64,000 nucleotides of DNA, taken from Nitrosopumilus sp. Lineage in GTDB: Archaea; Thermoproteota; Nitrososphaeria; Nitrososphaerales; Nitrosopumilaceae. How positions within the stretch are numbered: the first letter of the stretch is position 1; every line of letters starts with the position of its first letter. A program made the position numbers and the translations under genes. Below are positions 28,331 to 37,742 of this stretch, in pieces. The DNA lies in NCBI RefSeq assembly GCF_028278985.1, contig NZ_JANQTA010000003.1, positions 19,295-83,294 on the forward strand, written 5' to 3'. The notes under the pieces were generated by a model that was not told the DNA's origin, ran no database searches, and worked only from the letters and a program-made list of their open reading frames with translations.

Positions 28331-29062
28331 CTAGAAAGTTAAAGTCTCAAATTTACTTGTTCTTGAATGTACGATCTCAAAAACTTCTGCAGCCTTATAG
28401 CCTGAAAGACTTCCCCAACGCTTTGCTACAGCTTCAGTCATATCTTTAGAACGTGGATGGGGAGATTTTCGAATTTCATAATGATATGCTGCAAGTGCTT
28501 TAATTTTATATTTTAATTCAGAAGTAATTTCTACATAGAGATTTGGTTTAAACTCATAAGGTTTTCTCCAATCAGTAGCTGCAGGAATTTCAAATGAGAA
28601 GATTGAAGAAATTTTTGAACCAGGAATTGGTCGTGCTGCTGTAATTGTGGCTTCATAAGCAATTCTATGATCTAAATTAAGATCATTGTAGTGATGAGTA
28701 AATATTGTTGTTATTTTATTTTCTTCAATCTCTTTTTCTATTTCTTTAATAATTTTCAATAAGGGAATTTGATCCAATTCTTGATTTGGTAAATCAAGAA
28801 AACGAATTTTGTTAATTCCTAAAAGTTTTAAAGCAGATTTTGCATGTTTTTTTCTAGTTTGAATTTCTTTTTCCATTTTTTTCATTTCATCATGAGAAAT
28901 ATCATATTGAGGAGTACTAACATATCCAGATTTTCTTCTAGCAGTTATGCCTTCAGATAAAAATAATACTTTGATATTATGATGTTTTGAAAGTTTTTTC
29001 AAAGTACCACCCATTCCTATTGTTTCATCATCTGGATGTGCACAAACCACAAGAATATTCAT
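28331..29062 (-). CDS. PIG-L/LmbE family N-deacetylase
   Basis: AHPDDE; THHYNDLNLDH. Confidence 0.92.
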   Translation of the reverse strand: MNILVVCAHPDDETIGMGGTLKKLSKHHNIKVLFLSEGITARRKSGYVSTPQYDISHDEMKKMEKEIQTRKKHAKSALKLLGINKIRFLDLPNQELDQIPLLKIIKEIEKEIEENKITTIFTHHYNDLNLDHRIAYEATITAARPIPGSKISSIFSFEIPAATDWRKPYEFKPNLYVEITSELKYKIKALAAYHYEIRKSPHPRSKDMTEAVAKRWGSLSGYKAAEVFEIVHSRTSKFETLTF

Positions 29063-29099
29063 AATTGATTTTTCACTATAGAAATTCAGTTAATAATTG

Positions 29100-30089
29100 T
29101 TATAATGATTTTTGTCTACAAAAATTTTCCAAAAGAGTCACTATACGTTTTGAACCTTTTCCATCAACTACTCTTTTTCCAAAATAATTCATTTTTAGTC
29201 TTAGATCATAATTCAGCATTAAATCACGAACAGATTTTTCAATTTGTTTTAAACTTACATCATTTCCAAAACCAAGATTTTTTCCAAAATGTTTTTTTTC
29301 CATAAGTTTGGCGGTTTCGTTTTCAAATTTCTCACCACAAACAATAATTGAAGGAATTCCAAGATATGCTAATTCCATCAGCGTATTTCCTCCAGCAGTT
29401 ATAGCCAGATCGTGTTTTTTCATTATTACAGGCATATTAGATATATCTTTCAAAATTTTGATATTTTTGTTAGATTCAGATAGAATTTTGTTCAATTTTG
29501 ACCAACATTGAAAAGATGCTCCAAGTACTATAGAAATTTTAAATTTATTATCCAAGTTATTTAGGGCAGAAAGAATTTTTGGAATAAAACAGTATGTATC
29601 AGATCCCCCTTGAAGAACAAGGATTGAGGTAACATTTTTTTTAATTTTAATTTTACTAGTGAATTTTTTATTCAAAATTACATATTCAAATCCTGAAAAT
29701 GAATTTTTCACTTTACTACTTGGATAAAGATAGTTAATTCCATAATCAATAAGTTCATAGTTTTTTCCTACATAATCAATAGACGCAACTTTTGCAAATT
29801 TTTTAAAAAATTTTAGATTAATTTTTTTTTCATTTAATTTATCAATTATTATTAAGTCGGGATTAAACGATTTAAGAATTGAAATAGATTTTAAATTATT
29901 TATTTTTGAAAGAAGAGTACATTTGTGTTTTCTACTAATTATAGTCTTTGAAATTTTTTCAGTAGTAAGAAAATGAACTTTATGCTTATTTTTTATAAGT
30001 TGATCAGCTAAATTTGTAGATCTATAAACATGGCCTAATCCAATTTTATTATTTCCATCAACAACAAAAATAAAATTGTAAGATTTCAT
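29100..30089 (-). CDS. PseG/SpsG-family NDP-sugar hydrolase/GT28-like protein
   Basis: GLGHVYRS, QGGSD, DLAITAGGNTLME, VDGKG. Confidence 0.85.
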   Translation of the reverse strand: MKSYNFIFVVDGNNKIGLGHVYRSTNLADQLIKNKHKVHFLTTEKISKTIISRKHKCTLLSKINNLKSISILKSFNPDLIIIDKLNEKKINLKFFKKFAKVASIDYVGKNYELIDYGINYLYPSSKVKNSFSGFEYVILNKKFTSKIKIKKNVTSILVLQGGSDTYCFIPKILSALNNLDNKFKISIVLGASFQCWSKLNKILSESNKNIKILKDISNMPVIMKKHDLAITAGGNTLMELAYLGIPSIIVCGEKFENETAKLMEKKHFGKNLGFGNDVSLKQIEKSVRDLMLNYDLRLKMNYFGKRVVDGKGSKRIVTLLENFCRQKSL

Positions 30090-30098
30090 ATTCTATCT

Positions 30099-30908
30099 TC
30101 ATTTGTTATTATTTAATTTATTATCTTTAAGAAGTGATTTTTTATATCCTTCATCAAATGATGTATGATTATTAATTTTAATTAATGAAGGATTCAGATC
30201 AATTATTGATACAATATCATTAATTGTAACAATTTTTCTATTTTTTGGAAATTCCTTCCAGATTTTTTTAATGAATTTAAGATCTTGAGGAAGATCTACA
30301 GTACATCTAATATGAGAAAGATTTTTTTTATTTTTAATATTAGAAATCTTAAATTTTTGCGGGTTGAATTGAATATAAGGAAAAACATGTTCTAAGTCTG
30401 ATGGTTTTTTTGCCTCTTTCCAGGCACGTTTTAATGCTTTGTAACTTGAAATTTCAACTACCATACCTTGAGGAAAATTACAAAGAGAGTTAATATTTCC
30501 AGAAATGGTAGATTCAAAATTATTTGAAACATAATCGAACGAATTTTTCAAATATTTCCTGATGACCTTGTCAATAACTGTAGGATCCAAAAATGGGCAA
30601 TCAGAACTTATTCTCACTACAGGATCTAATGAAAATTTACTTGCACATTTAAAATATCTATCAAGAACATTTGTGTTTGAACCTAAGAAATATTGAATAT
30701 TATTTTTTTTACAGAAATCTATTATTTGTTTATCATTTTTTGCATGGGTTGTTGCAACAATAACATCATCTACATATTTTGAATTTTTGGTTTGTTCAAT
30801 AACATGAAATAGCATTGAATTTTTACCAATTTTTTTGAGTGCTTTTCCAGGAAAACGTTGAGAATTCATTCGTGCTTGAATTATTGGAGTAATTTTAGTT
30901 TTCAACAT
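30099..30908 (-). CDS. SpsF/PseF-type cytidylyltransferase (CMP-nonulosonate synthetase-like)
   Basis: IIQARMNSQRFPGK, VLDRY, RISSDCP, EHV, TVDLPQD. Confidence 0.88.
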   Translation of the reverse strand: MLKTKITPIIQARMNSQRFPGKALKKIGKNSMLFHVIEQTKNSKYVDDVIVATTHAKNDKQIIDFCKKNNIQYFLGSNTNVLDRYFKCASKFSLDPVVRISSDCPFLDPTVIDKVIRKYLKNSFDYVSNNFESTISGNINSLCNFPQGMVVEISSYKALKRAWKEAKKPSDLEHVFPYIQFNPQKFKISNIKNKKNLSHIRCTVDLPQDLKFIKKIWKEFPKNRKIVTINDIVSIIDLNPSLIKINNHTSFDEGYKKSLLKDNKLNNNK

Positions 30909-31593
30909 TATTCTGAGAATTTTTTAGTATTTCAAGGCTTTTTAGTCCATGATTGAATAGAAGATCCAGAATAGAAAGATTGGGAATAAATGAATCTGAA
31001 AAATGTTGTTCATATATTGGATGAGTAAAATTTTGATATTCCAAATTAATGTTGTTACTATTGAATAATTTTTCATTCATGTATTCTTTTCCGCCAATTC
31101 CTGAGATATATGTATCAGCTCCAATAGATTTGCAAATATTGACTAGACGTTCAGTAGATTTTCCATTAATATTCAAATCGGATTCTTTATAGATTTTTAA
31201 TTTAATTCCCAGCCATTCCATTACTTTTGTTATTGTTTCATAGTTCAATTCAAATAAAAAGTTCCATTCTTTCTCATACAGATTTTTCAAATAATCTTTA
31301 TACAAATTGAAAAATTTAGAATTTGAATATGATTTTTGGATTTTGGTAAAATGATTTTTTTTCCAATCAATTTCATTATTTATTTCAACTGTTTTGTTAG
31401 GTGAAAATTTGTGTTCCTTTTTAATTGGTACAGATAGCCAAATCCAGTCATTTGGAACAATAATTCTATTTCTATTCGTAAATTTCTTATCATATTGAGT
31501 ATTATCCATTAAAACAAGTGAGTCACCTAACGTCAACTTATGAAAAAAACCAGAATATGGGAAATAGTTTGGTTGATGAATAACAACTTTCAA
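30895..31593 (-). CDS. WbqC family protein
   Basis: IHQPNYFPY, FTNRNRI, YISGIGG, NLSILDLLFN; likely start TTG 31593. Confidence 0.9.
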   Translation of the reverse strand: MKVVIHQPNYFPYSGFFHKLTLGDSLVLMDNTQYDKKFTNRNRIIVPNDWIWLSVPIKKEHKFSPNKTVEINNEIDWKKNHFTKIQKSYSNSKFFNLYKDYLKNLYEKEWNFLFELNYETITKVMEWLGIKLKIYKESDLNINGKSTERLVNICKSIGADTYISGIGGKEYMNEKLFNSNNINLEYQNFTHPIYEQHFSDSFIPNLSILDLLFNHGLKSLEILKNSQNNVEN

Positions 31594-31677
31594 TAATGTA
31601 TGACAATTTTTTTCAACAATATTAAACTTTGATGGAATGCATTTCATTTATTTACATGATACCATTTTTTTTATACA

Positions 31678-32712
31678 GTGAAGCCATTAATTTTAAATGG
31701 AAAAAAAATAGGAGATGGATTTCCATGCTATACAATTGCTGAGATTGGGGGTTTGTTTACAAATTTTACAGAAGCAAAACGATTAATTGATTCTGCTAAA
31801 GAAATTGGATTAGATTCTGTAAAGTTTCAAACATTAGAGGCTGAAACTATTACTACAAAAAATAATTTTTTTAACATGGAGGCTACTGGTCATGTTTCAC
31901 AATATGATGTTTTTAAACAATTTGAATTATCTAAAGAATTACAATTTGAAGTTGTTAATTATGCAAATAAAATTGGAATAACAATTTTTTCTGCTCCTAG
32001 TCACATTAAAGATTTAGAAATTATGAAAGAAATGAAATTACCAATTTTTAAAATAGGTTCAGATTTAGCATGCCATGTGCCGTTACTCAAAGAAGTTGCA
32101 AAATTAGATAAGCCAATAATTTTGTCAACTGGAATGTGTAATTTGGATGAAGTTCGTGAATCGGTTGATGCGATAATTTCTACTGGAAATGAAAAGTTAG
32201 CATTATTACATTGCGTTTCAGACTATCCTACAAAGCCTGAAGAAACAAATCTTAATGCAATTATTTCTTTGAAAAAAGAATTTGATATTCCAGTAGGTCT
32301 TTCAGATCATAATATTGGATCAACGATTGCATTAGGAGCTGCAAGTATTGGAGCAAATATTATTGAAAAACACTTTAACAGTTCTCTAAATTCACCCTCA
32401 CCAGATGACATTGTTGCTCTTGACAAAGAACAATATTTTGAATTAATTCAATCTATTAGATTAATAGAAAAAGCAAAAGGTTCGGGTACTAAACTTCCAA
32501 CTGAGTCAGAAAAGAAAAATTTACAAACGAATAGAGTAAGCATAGTGACTTTAAAAGAGATCAAATCAGGACAAAAAATTACTAGAGAATTAATAGATAT
32601 TAGAAGGCCAGGAACCGGACTGAAACCTAGTTTAATTGAGCAAATAATTGGAAAAACCGCCAAAGTTGACATTCCTGCTGAAGAACCTCTAAAATTTGAA
32701 ATGTTGGAGTAA
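31678..32712 (+). CDS. neuB: N-acetylneuraminate synthase family (NeuB/PseI/SpsE) with SAF domain
   Basis: IAEIG, VKFQ, FKIGS, ILSTGM, LHCVSDYP, GLSDH, IEKHF; C-terminal RRPGTG SAF domain. Confidence 0.9.
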   Translation: MKPLILNGKKIGDGFPCYTIAEIGGLFTNFTEAKRLIDSAKEIGLDSVKFQTLEAETITTKNNFFNMEATGHVSQYDVFKQFELSKELQFEVVNYANKIGITIFSAPSHIKDLEIMKEMKLPIFKIGSDLACHVPLLKEVAKLDKPIILSTGMCNLDEVRESVDAIISTGNEKLALLHCVSDYPTKPEETNLNAIISLKKEFDIPVGLSDHNIGSTIALGAASIGANIIEKHFNSSLNSPSPDDIVALDKEQYFELIQSIRLIEKAKGSGTKLPTESEKKNLQTNRVSIVTLKEIKSGQKITRELIDIRRPGTGLKPSLIEQIIGKTAKVDIPAEEPLKFEMLE

Positions 32713-32727
32713 TAACATTATTGAATT

Positions 32728-33828
32728 ATGTCATTCAAAGCAGAAATTTTTGATGATTCAAACAAGAAATGGAATACATTATTAGAAAAAAGTCAAGAAT
32801 CTACTGTTTATCAAATTGCTGAATGGGCAAAAATTTATGAAGAAGTTTATGATTCGATTCCGATTTTCATAGTTGTAAAAAATTCAGGAGAGGAAATTGT
32901 AGGTCAATTATGCGTATTAATTCATAAAAATCTATTTTGGGATGATTCAAACGCAATAACAAAAATTATTGCTTCAAAAATGAAGTTGCGTACAACACTT
33001 AGTTGGTTTTATGGTCCTATAATTCATGATAAAAGTAATCAGAATGAAATAATTCATGAAATTTTAAAAAAAATTGATGAAATTGCTATAGAAAACAAAG
33101 TAACAATAATTCGAGGTTCTACGTCACCAATGAATCAAAATATTTCAATCAAGTTATTTGAAAAACTGGGGTATAAAATTGAAAATTGGGCAACATATGT
33201 TAGCAATCTTAAAACTTCAAATGAAATTTTTTACAATTCATTAAATAAAAAAACTAGATACGATGTAAGGAAATCAGAAAAAATAGGATTAGAATTTGAA
33301 ATATCAGAAAATGTTTCATCATCAATGGAGTTTTCAAAATTAAAAGCTGAGGCAAGGGAAAGAGAAGGACGAAAATCAGATATTAATAAAAAATTTGTAG
33401 ATGCAAGATGGAAAAATCTTAATGAAAATGGATATGGAAAATTATTCATAGCAAAAAATAACGGGATTTCAGTAGGAGGTGTTTATTGTTTAATTTTCAA
33501 TGACAATATTATTCAACATAGTGTAGTTAATTCTGTAAAAAAAGACTTAGAAGCAGGAAGTTTTCTTACTTGGAACATAATTAAATGGGGCATAGAAAAT
33601 GAACTAAATACATTTGATGTTGCAGGAGTAAATCCAAATCCAAAAAATGATAAAGAAAAACAAATAGATTTTTACAAATCAAAATGGGGCGGTGAAAAAT
33701 TAAAATATTTTTGGTGTACAAAAATAGTAAGTGATCATAAAATGAAAATTTCTTCAGTATTAAAAAATCCTAAAACTTCATTCAAAAAAATTTCAAAAAA
33801 TAATGTAACTAAAAATGAGATAAAATAA
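32728..33828 (+). CDS. FemAB-like GNAT (aminoacyl/acyl transferase)
   Basis: YGPII, KKTRYDVRKS, LTWNIIKWG, FDVAG, FYKSKWGG. Confidence 0.8.
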   Translation: MSFKAEIFDDSNKKWNTLLEKSQESTVYQIAEWAKIYEEVYDSIPIFIVVKNSGEEIVGQLCVLIHKNLFWDDSNAITKIIASKMKLRTTLSWFYGPIIHDKSNQNEIIHEILKKIDEIAIENKVTIIRGSTSPMNQNISIKLFEKLGYKIENWATYVSNLKTSNEIFYNSLNKKTRYDVRKSEKIGLEFEISENVSSSMEFSKLKAEAREREGRKSDINKKFVDARWKNLNENGYGKLFIAKNNGISVGGVYCLIFNDNIIQHSVVNSVKKDLEAGSFLTWNIIKWGIENELNTFDVAGVNPNPKNDKEKQIDFYKSKWGGEKLKYFWCTKIVSDHKMKISSVLKNPKTSFKKISKNNVTKNEIK

Positions 33829-33829
33829 A

Positions 33830-36238
33830 TTGGAATACAAATTTTTATCAAAAGTAGAGACTTTAAAATTTCTAGAAAATCACATAAAAAAATCAAAAAT
33901 TGAAAAAATTTATGATTTTACAGTAAATGATTGGAAAGAAAATAAATCAAAAATAATCTCAGATATAAAAAATAAATTTAAAGCAAAAATTATTGTTCGT
34001 AGTTCTGCGGCTGGAGAGGATTCATTTGAAGAATCTAAAGCGGGGAATTATGATAGTGTTCTTAATGTAAATTCAAATTCTTCAACATCTATTCAAAAAG
34101 CAATTGATAAGGTAATTGCATCTTATGAAAATAAAAATAATGAAAATCTAAGAAACCAAATTTTTGTTCAAACTCAAAGCACAGAAATTATTACCAGTGG
34201 AGTTGTTTTGACTAGAGATCACAATAATGCATCACCATATTATGTGATTAATTTTGAAGATGGAAACAAAACAGATGGAGTTACTAAAGGAATAGCCAAT
34301 AATACAGTAAAGATTTTTAAAAAAATTGAGAGAGAAAACATTCCAAAAAAATGGAAAAAACTTATTTTAGCAATAATAGAGATAGAAAAAATTTTCAAAA
34401 TAGATTATTTAGATGTAGAATTTGGAATAAATAAAAAACAGGAAATAATAATATTTCAAGTAAGACCCATTACATCATTAGAAGAAAATAAAATAAAAAT
34501 AAACTATATACAAGTTGAAAAACTAATAGATTTCAATAAAAAAAAATTTTTGAAACAAAAACAATGTTTTGGTAAAAAAATTTTTTCAGATATGAGTGAC
34601 TGGAATCCAGCTGAAATTATTGGAAATGATCCTAATTTGCTAGATTACTCACTGTATGATTACCTGATAATGAATGATTCGTGGAGTAAAGGAAGAGAAA
34701 AAATTGGATATAAAAAACATGAAAAAAATTTGATGGTAAAATTTGGAAACAAACCATATGTAGATGTCAACAAAAGTTTCTATTCATTAACTCCAATCAA
34801 TTTTCAAAAAAAGATTTCAGAAAAATTAATAAATTTTTATTTAAAAAAATTAGAGAAAAATCCTCATTTACACGATAAAATAGAATTTGATATAGTGTTT
34901 TCATGTTATGATTTTTCTCTAAATGAAAGATTGAAAGAATTAAAAAAAGCGGGATTTTCACAAAATGAAACAGTTCTGATTAAAAAAAATCTACTGGATT
35001 TTACCAATGACATTATTAAAAATTTTAATAAAATATTGAAAGATTCAGAAAAATCATTATTGCATATGACAATTAATAGAAAAAAAATTAATGCACAAAT
35101 TAACAAAAAATCTAATTACAAGAAATTATTGGATAATGCGTTTATTTTATTAGAAGATTGTAAAAAATATGGAATTATTCCTTTTTCATCAATGGCTAGA
35201 ATATCATTTATCGCATCTGCAATGTTAAACAGCTTATCAAGGGAAGGCATTGTTAAATCAGAAATTATTGATGATGTGATGAATTCAATAAATACACCAT
35301 TATCCAGATTCAGAGAAGATTATCAAAAATTATCTATGAAAAAAATTACAAAATCTCAATTTTTAGAAGAATATGGTCATCTAAGGCCTGGAACTTATGA
35401 TATATCTGCATTAAGATATGATCATGATGATAGATTTTTACAAGATTTTGAATTTAATATTAAGAATAAAAAATCATTAAAAAAATCAAATTTAAAAATT
35501 AATAATATTTTAAAAAAACATAAAATTTTGTTAGATAGTAATGAGTTTCTCAGATTTATTGAAAAAGCGATTCAAGGTAGAGAAGAATTAAAATTTGAAT
35601 TTACCAAGAACCTTTCAGATGCATTAGAATTAATCAACAAAGCAGGAAACGAATTAGGATTTTCAAGAGATGATTTAAAAGAACTGGACATTCTAAGGAT
35701 AAAAAATACATACAAAAAATTGAAAAAATCAGATTTGCAAATGATCTGGAAAAAAGAAATTTTGAAACAAGTGAAAATAAAAACTAAAAATGAAAGCATA
35801 TTACTCCCACCAATAATAGTATCCGAAAAAGATTTTGGAATAATTACTCAGTATACAGTAAAACCAAATTTCATTACACAAAACCAGATTACATCTAAAA
35901 TTATTGATCTAAAAGATCTAAACAATATTTCAGATTTAAAAAATAAAATAATTTTAATAGAAAATGCAGACCCTGGATACGATTGGATTTTTACAAAAAA
36001 CCCATCAGGATTAATTACTAAATATGGAGGAGTTGCATCACATATGTCAATTCGCTGTGCGGAAATTGCATTACCAGCAGCAATTGGATGTGGAGAGCTA
36101 TTATTTGAGCAAATTAAATCAGCATCAAAAATTCATCTAGACTGTAAAAATAATTTAATATCTATCTTAGAGCATAACACTAATGATGAATCTGTTGAAA
36201 TCAGAAAAGCCTTGAAGTCTTTGGGATACATAAAATGA
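33830..36238 (+). CDS. L-glutamine kinase (Cj1418-like PEP-utiliser/PPDK-fold phosphohistidine kinase)
   Basis: VRSS..GED, QVRP ATP-grasp; DWNPAEIIG, HDKIEF, GHLRPGTY; ADPGYD...GGVASHMSIR with His738. Confidence 0.88.
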   Translation: MEYKFLSKVETLKFLENHIKKSKIEKIYDFTVNDWKENKSKIISDIKNKFKAKIIVRSSAAGEDSFEESKAGNYDSVLNVNSNSSTSIQKAIDKVIASYENKNNENLRNQIFVQTQSTEIITSGVVLTRDHNNASPYYVINFEDGNKTDGVTKGIANNTVKIFKKIERENIPKKWKKLILAIIEIEKIFKIDYLDVEFGINKKQEIIIFQVRPITSLEENKIKINYIQVEKLIDFNKKKFLKQKQCFGKKIFSDMSDWNPAEIIGNDPNLLDYSLYDYLIMNDSWSKGREKIGYKKHEKNLMVKFGNKPYVDVNKSFYSLTPINFQKKISEKLINFYLKKLEKNPHLHDKIEFDIVFSCYDFSLNERLKELKKAGFSQNETVLIKKNLLDFTNDIIKNFNKILKDSEKSLLHMTINRKKINAQINKKSNYKKLLDNAFILLEDCKKYGIIPFSSMARISFIASAMLNSLSREGIVKSEIIDDVMNSINTPLSRFREDYQKLSMKKITKSQFLEEYGHLRPGTYDISALRYDHDDRFLQDFEFNIKNKKSLKKSNLKINNILKKHKILLDSNEFLRFIEKAIQGREELKFEFTKNLSDALELINKAGNELGFSRDDLKELDILRIKNTYKKLKKSDLQMIWKKEILKQVKIKTKNESILLPPIIVSEKDFGIITQYTVKPNFITQNQITSKIIDLKDLNNISDLKNKIILIENADPGYDWIFTKNPSGLITKYGGVASHMSIRCAEIALPAAIGCGELLFEQIKSASKIHLDCKNNLISILEHNTNDESVEIRKALKSLGYIK

Positions 36239-36903
36239 ATTATGAAAATGTGGAAAATAAAATAATGAAAATAGGTATTTCTTCTAGAATTGTTTCTGCT
36301 CCCAATTATGATGAAAAAAGAGACGCTATTAGTCATGAATGGCCTAAATTATTAGAGAAATTAGGATTAATTCCCATCATTATCCCAAATGTTTTAGAAA
36401 ATGTGAAAGAATTTGTTGAGAATGCTCAGATAGATGGACTAATTCTATCAGGAGGAGATAATATTGGAGAATTTATTCAACGTGATAATACTGAAAAAAA
36501 TCTTTTAGAATTTGGAATAAAGAAAGAAATTCCTATTATTGGAGTGTGTAGAGGAATGCAAATAATAAATAATTATTTTGGAGGTACTGAAATTAAAAAT
36601 AATAATAATGACCATGTAAATAAATCTCATTTCATAAAAATTAAACAAAATGAATTTGTTTCACTATTGAATAAAACTGAAACTAAAGTAAATTCATTTC
36701 ATAATAACATTATTACTAAAGAGCATATAGGAAATGGATTACAAATAGTAGCATTAGATAAAAATGATGAAACAATTGAGGCATTTAGTCATTCAAAATT
36801 TCCAATCATAGGAGTAATGTGGCATCCCGAAAGAGAACAAAACGAAGATAATTTAAAAATAATTAAAACATTTTTTGAAAATAAAAAATTTTGGTCGAAT
36901 TAA
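36235..36903 (+). CDS. Class I glutamine amidotransferase-fold hydrolase (Cj1417-like gamma-glutamyl-CDP-amidate hydrolase)
   Basis: LILSGGD, GVCRGMQ (Cys nucleophile), VNSFH, WHPE; Y-E-K-R-D-A N-terminal segment; gene context. Confidence 0.85.
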   Translation: MNYENVENKIMKIGISSRIVSAPNYDEKRDAISHEWPKLLEKLGLIPIIIPNVLENVKEFVENAQIDGLILSGGDNIGEFIQRDNTEKNLLEFGIKKEIPIIGVCRGMQIINNYFGGTEIKNNNNDHVNKSHFIKIKQNEFVSLLNKTETKVNSFHNNIITKEHIGNGLQIVALDKNDETIEAFSHSKFPIIGVMWHPEREQNEDNLKIIKTFFENKKFWSN

Positions 36904-36904
36904 T

Positions 36905-37693
36905 TTGAATGTGATAATTTTAGGAGCAGGAGAAGGTAAACGATTACGTCCATTAACAGAAAATCGCCCAAAATGTTTGATCGAATTATTTGGAAAATCA
37001 TTATTACAACATCAGATTGAGATTTTTGAAGAAAATGGAATAGAAGATATTTCTATTGTTACAGGATATAAATCAGATTTGATAAATTTTCCTAATGTAA
37101 ATTATTTTAAAAATGAAAATTTTGATACTACAAATATGGTAGAAACTTTATTTTGTGCTGAAAAAAAAATCTCAAATTCAACTATAGTTTCTTACGGAGA
37201 TATCATATTTGAAAGCAAAGTTCTAAAAAAATTAATCGACTCAGAAGAAAATATTTCTGTAGTTATAGATAAAAATTGGAGGAAGTATTGGGAAATGAGA
37301 TTTGAAAATCCATTAGATGATGCAGAAAATTTAATTCTAGATAGTGAAGGATATATCAAAAAAATAGGTCAGAAAGTATCGGATTATAAGGAAATTGAAG
37401 GTCAGTATATTGGCCTGATGAAATTCCAAAATAAAGGGATAGAATATATGAAAAAATACTATCACGAGGCTAAAAATCAGTCTAAAAATGGAAAAAATAT
37501 CTTAAATCCCTCTTTAGAATTTAAGAAATCATACATGACAGATTTCATTCAAGGAATGATTAATAATAAATTTCAGATTAAGTCTGTTCCAATTTTTAAT
37601 GGATGGTTAGAAGTAGACACAGTAGATGATTATAATCTGTATAATAAATTAAGAAAAGAACAAAAATTAGATGAATTGATTTCGATTAATTAG
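36905..37693 (+). CDS. LicC-type cytidylyltransferase (Cj1416-like CTP:phosphoglutamine cytidylyltransferase)
   Basis: ILGAGEGKRL, TNMVETLFCA, SYGDI, W..RFENPLDDAE, GQYIGL, WLEVD; likely TTG start 36905. Confidence 0.85.
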   Translation: MNVIILGAGEGKRLRPLTENRPKCLIELFGKSLLQHQIEIFEENGIEDISIVTGYKSDLINFPNVNYFKNENFDTTNMVETLFCAEKKISNSTIVSYGDIIFESKVLKKLIDSEENISVVIDKNWRKYWEMRFENPLDDAENLILDSEGYIKKIGQKVSDYKEIEGQYIGLMKFQNKGIEYMKKYYHEAKNQSKNGKNILNPSLEFKKSYMTDFIQGMINNKFQIKSVPIFNGWLEVDTVDDYNLYNKLRKEQKLDELISIN

Positions 37694-37742
37694 TACACGA
37701 GATATCTTTAAGGTTAAATTAGATGTAGAATATTTTTAATTA

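Noticed and set aside
33830-37693. Phosphonate (C-P) pathway or PEP synthase/PPDK reading of the triad
   Set aside because: No PEP mutase, Ppd or MpnS is present. The kinase lacks the PEP/pyruvate TIM barrel and has the His domain at the C-terminus, with Cj1418-type central motifs.
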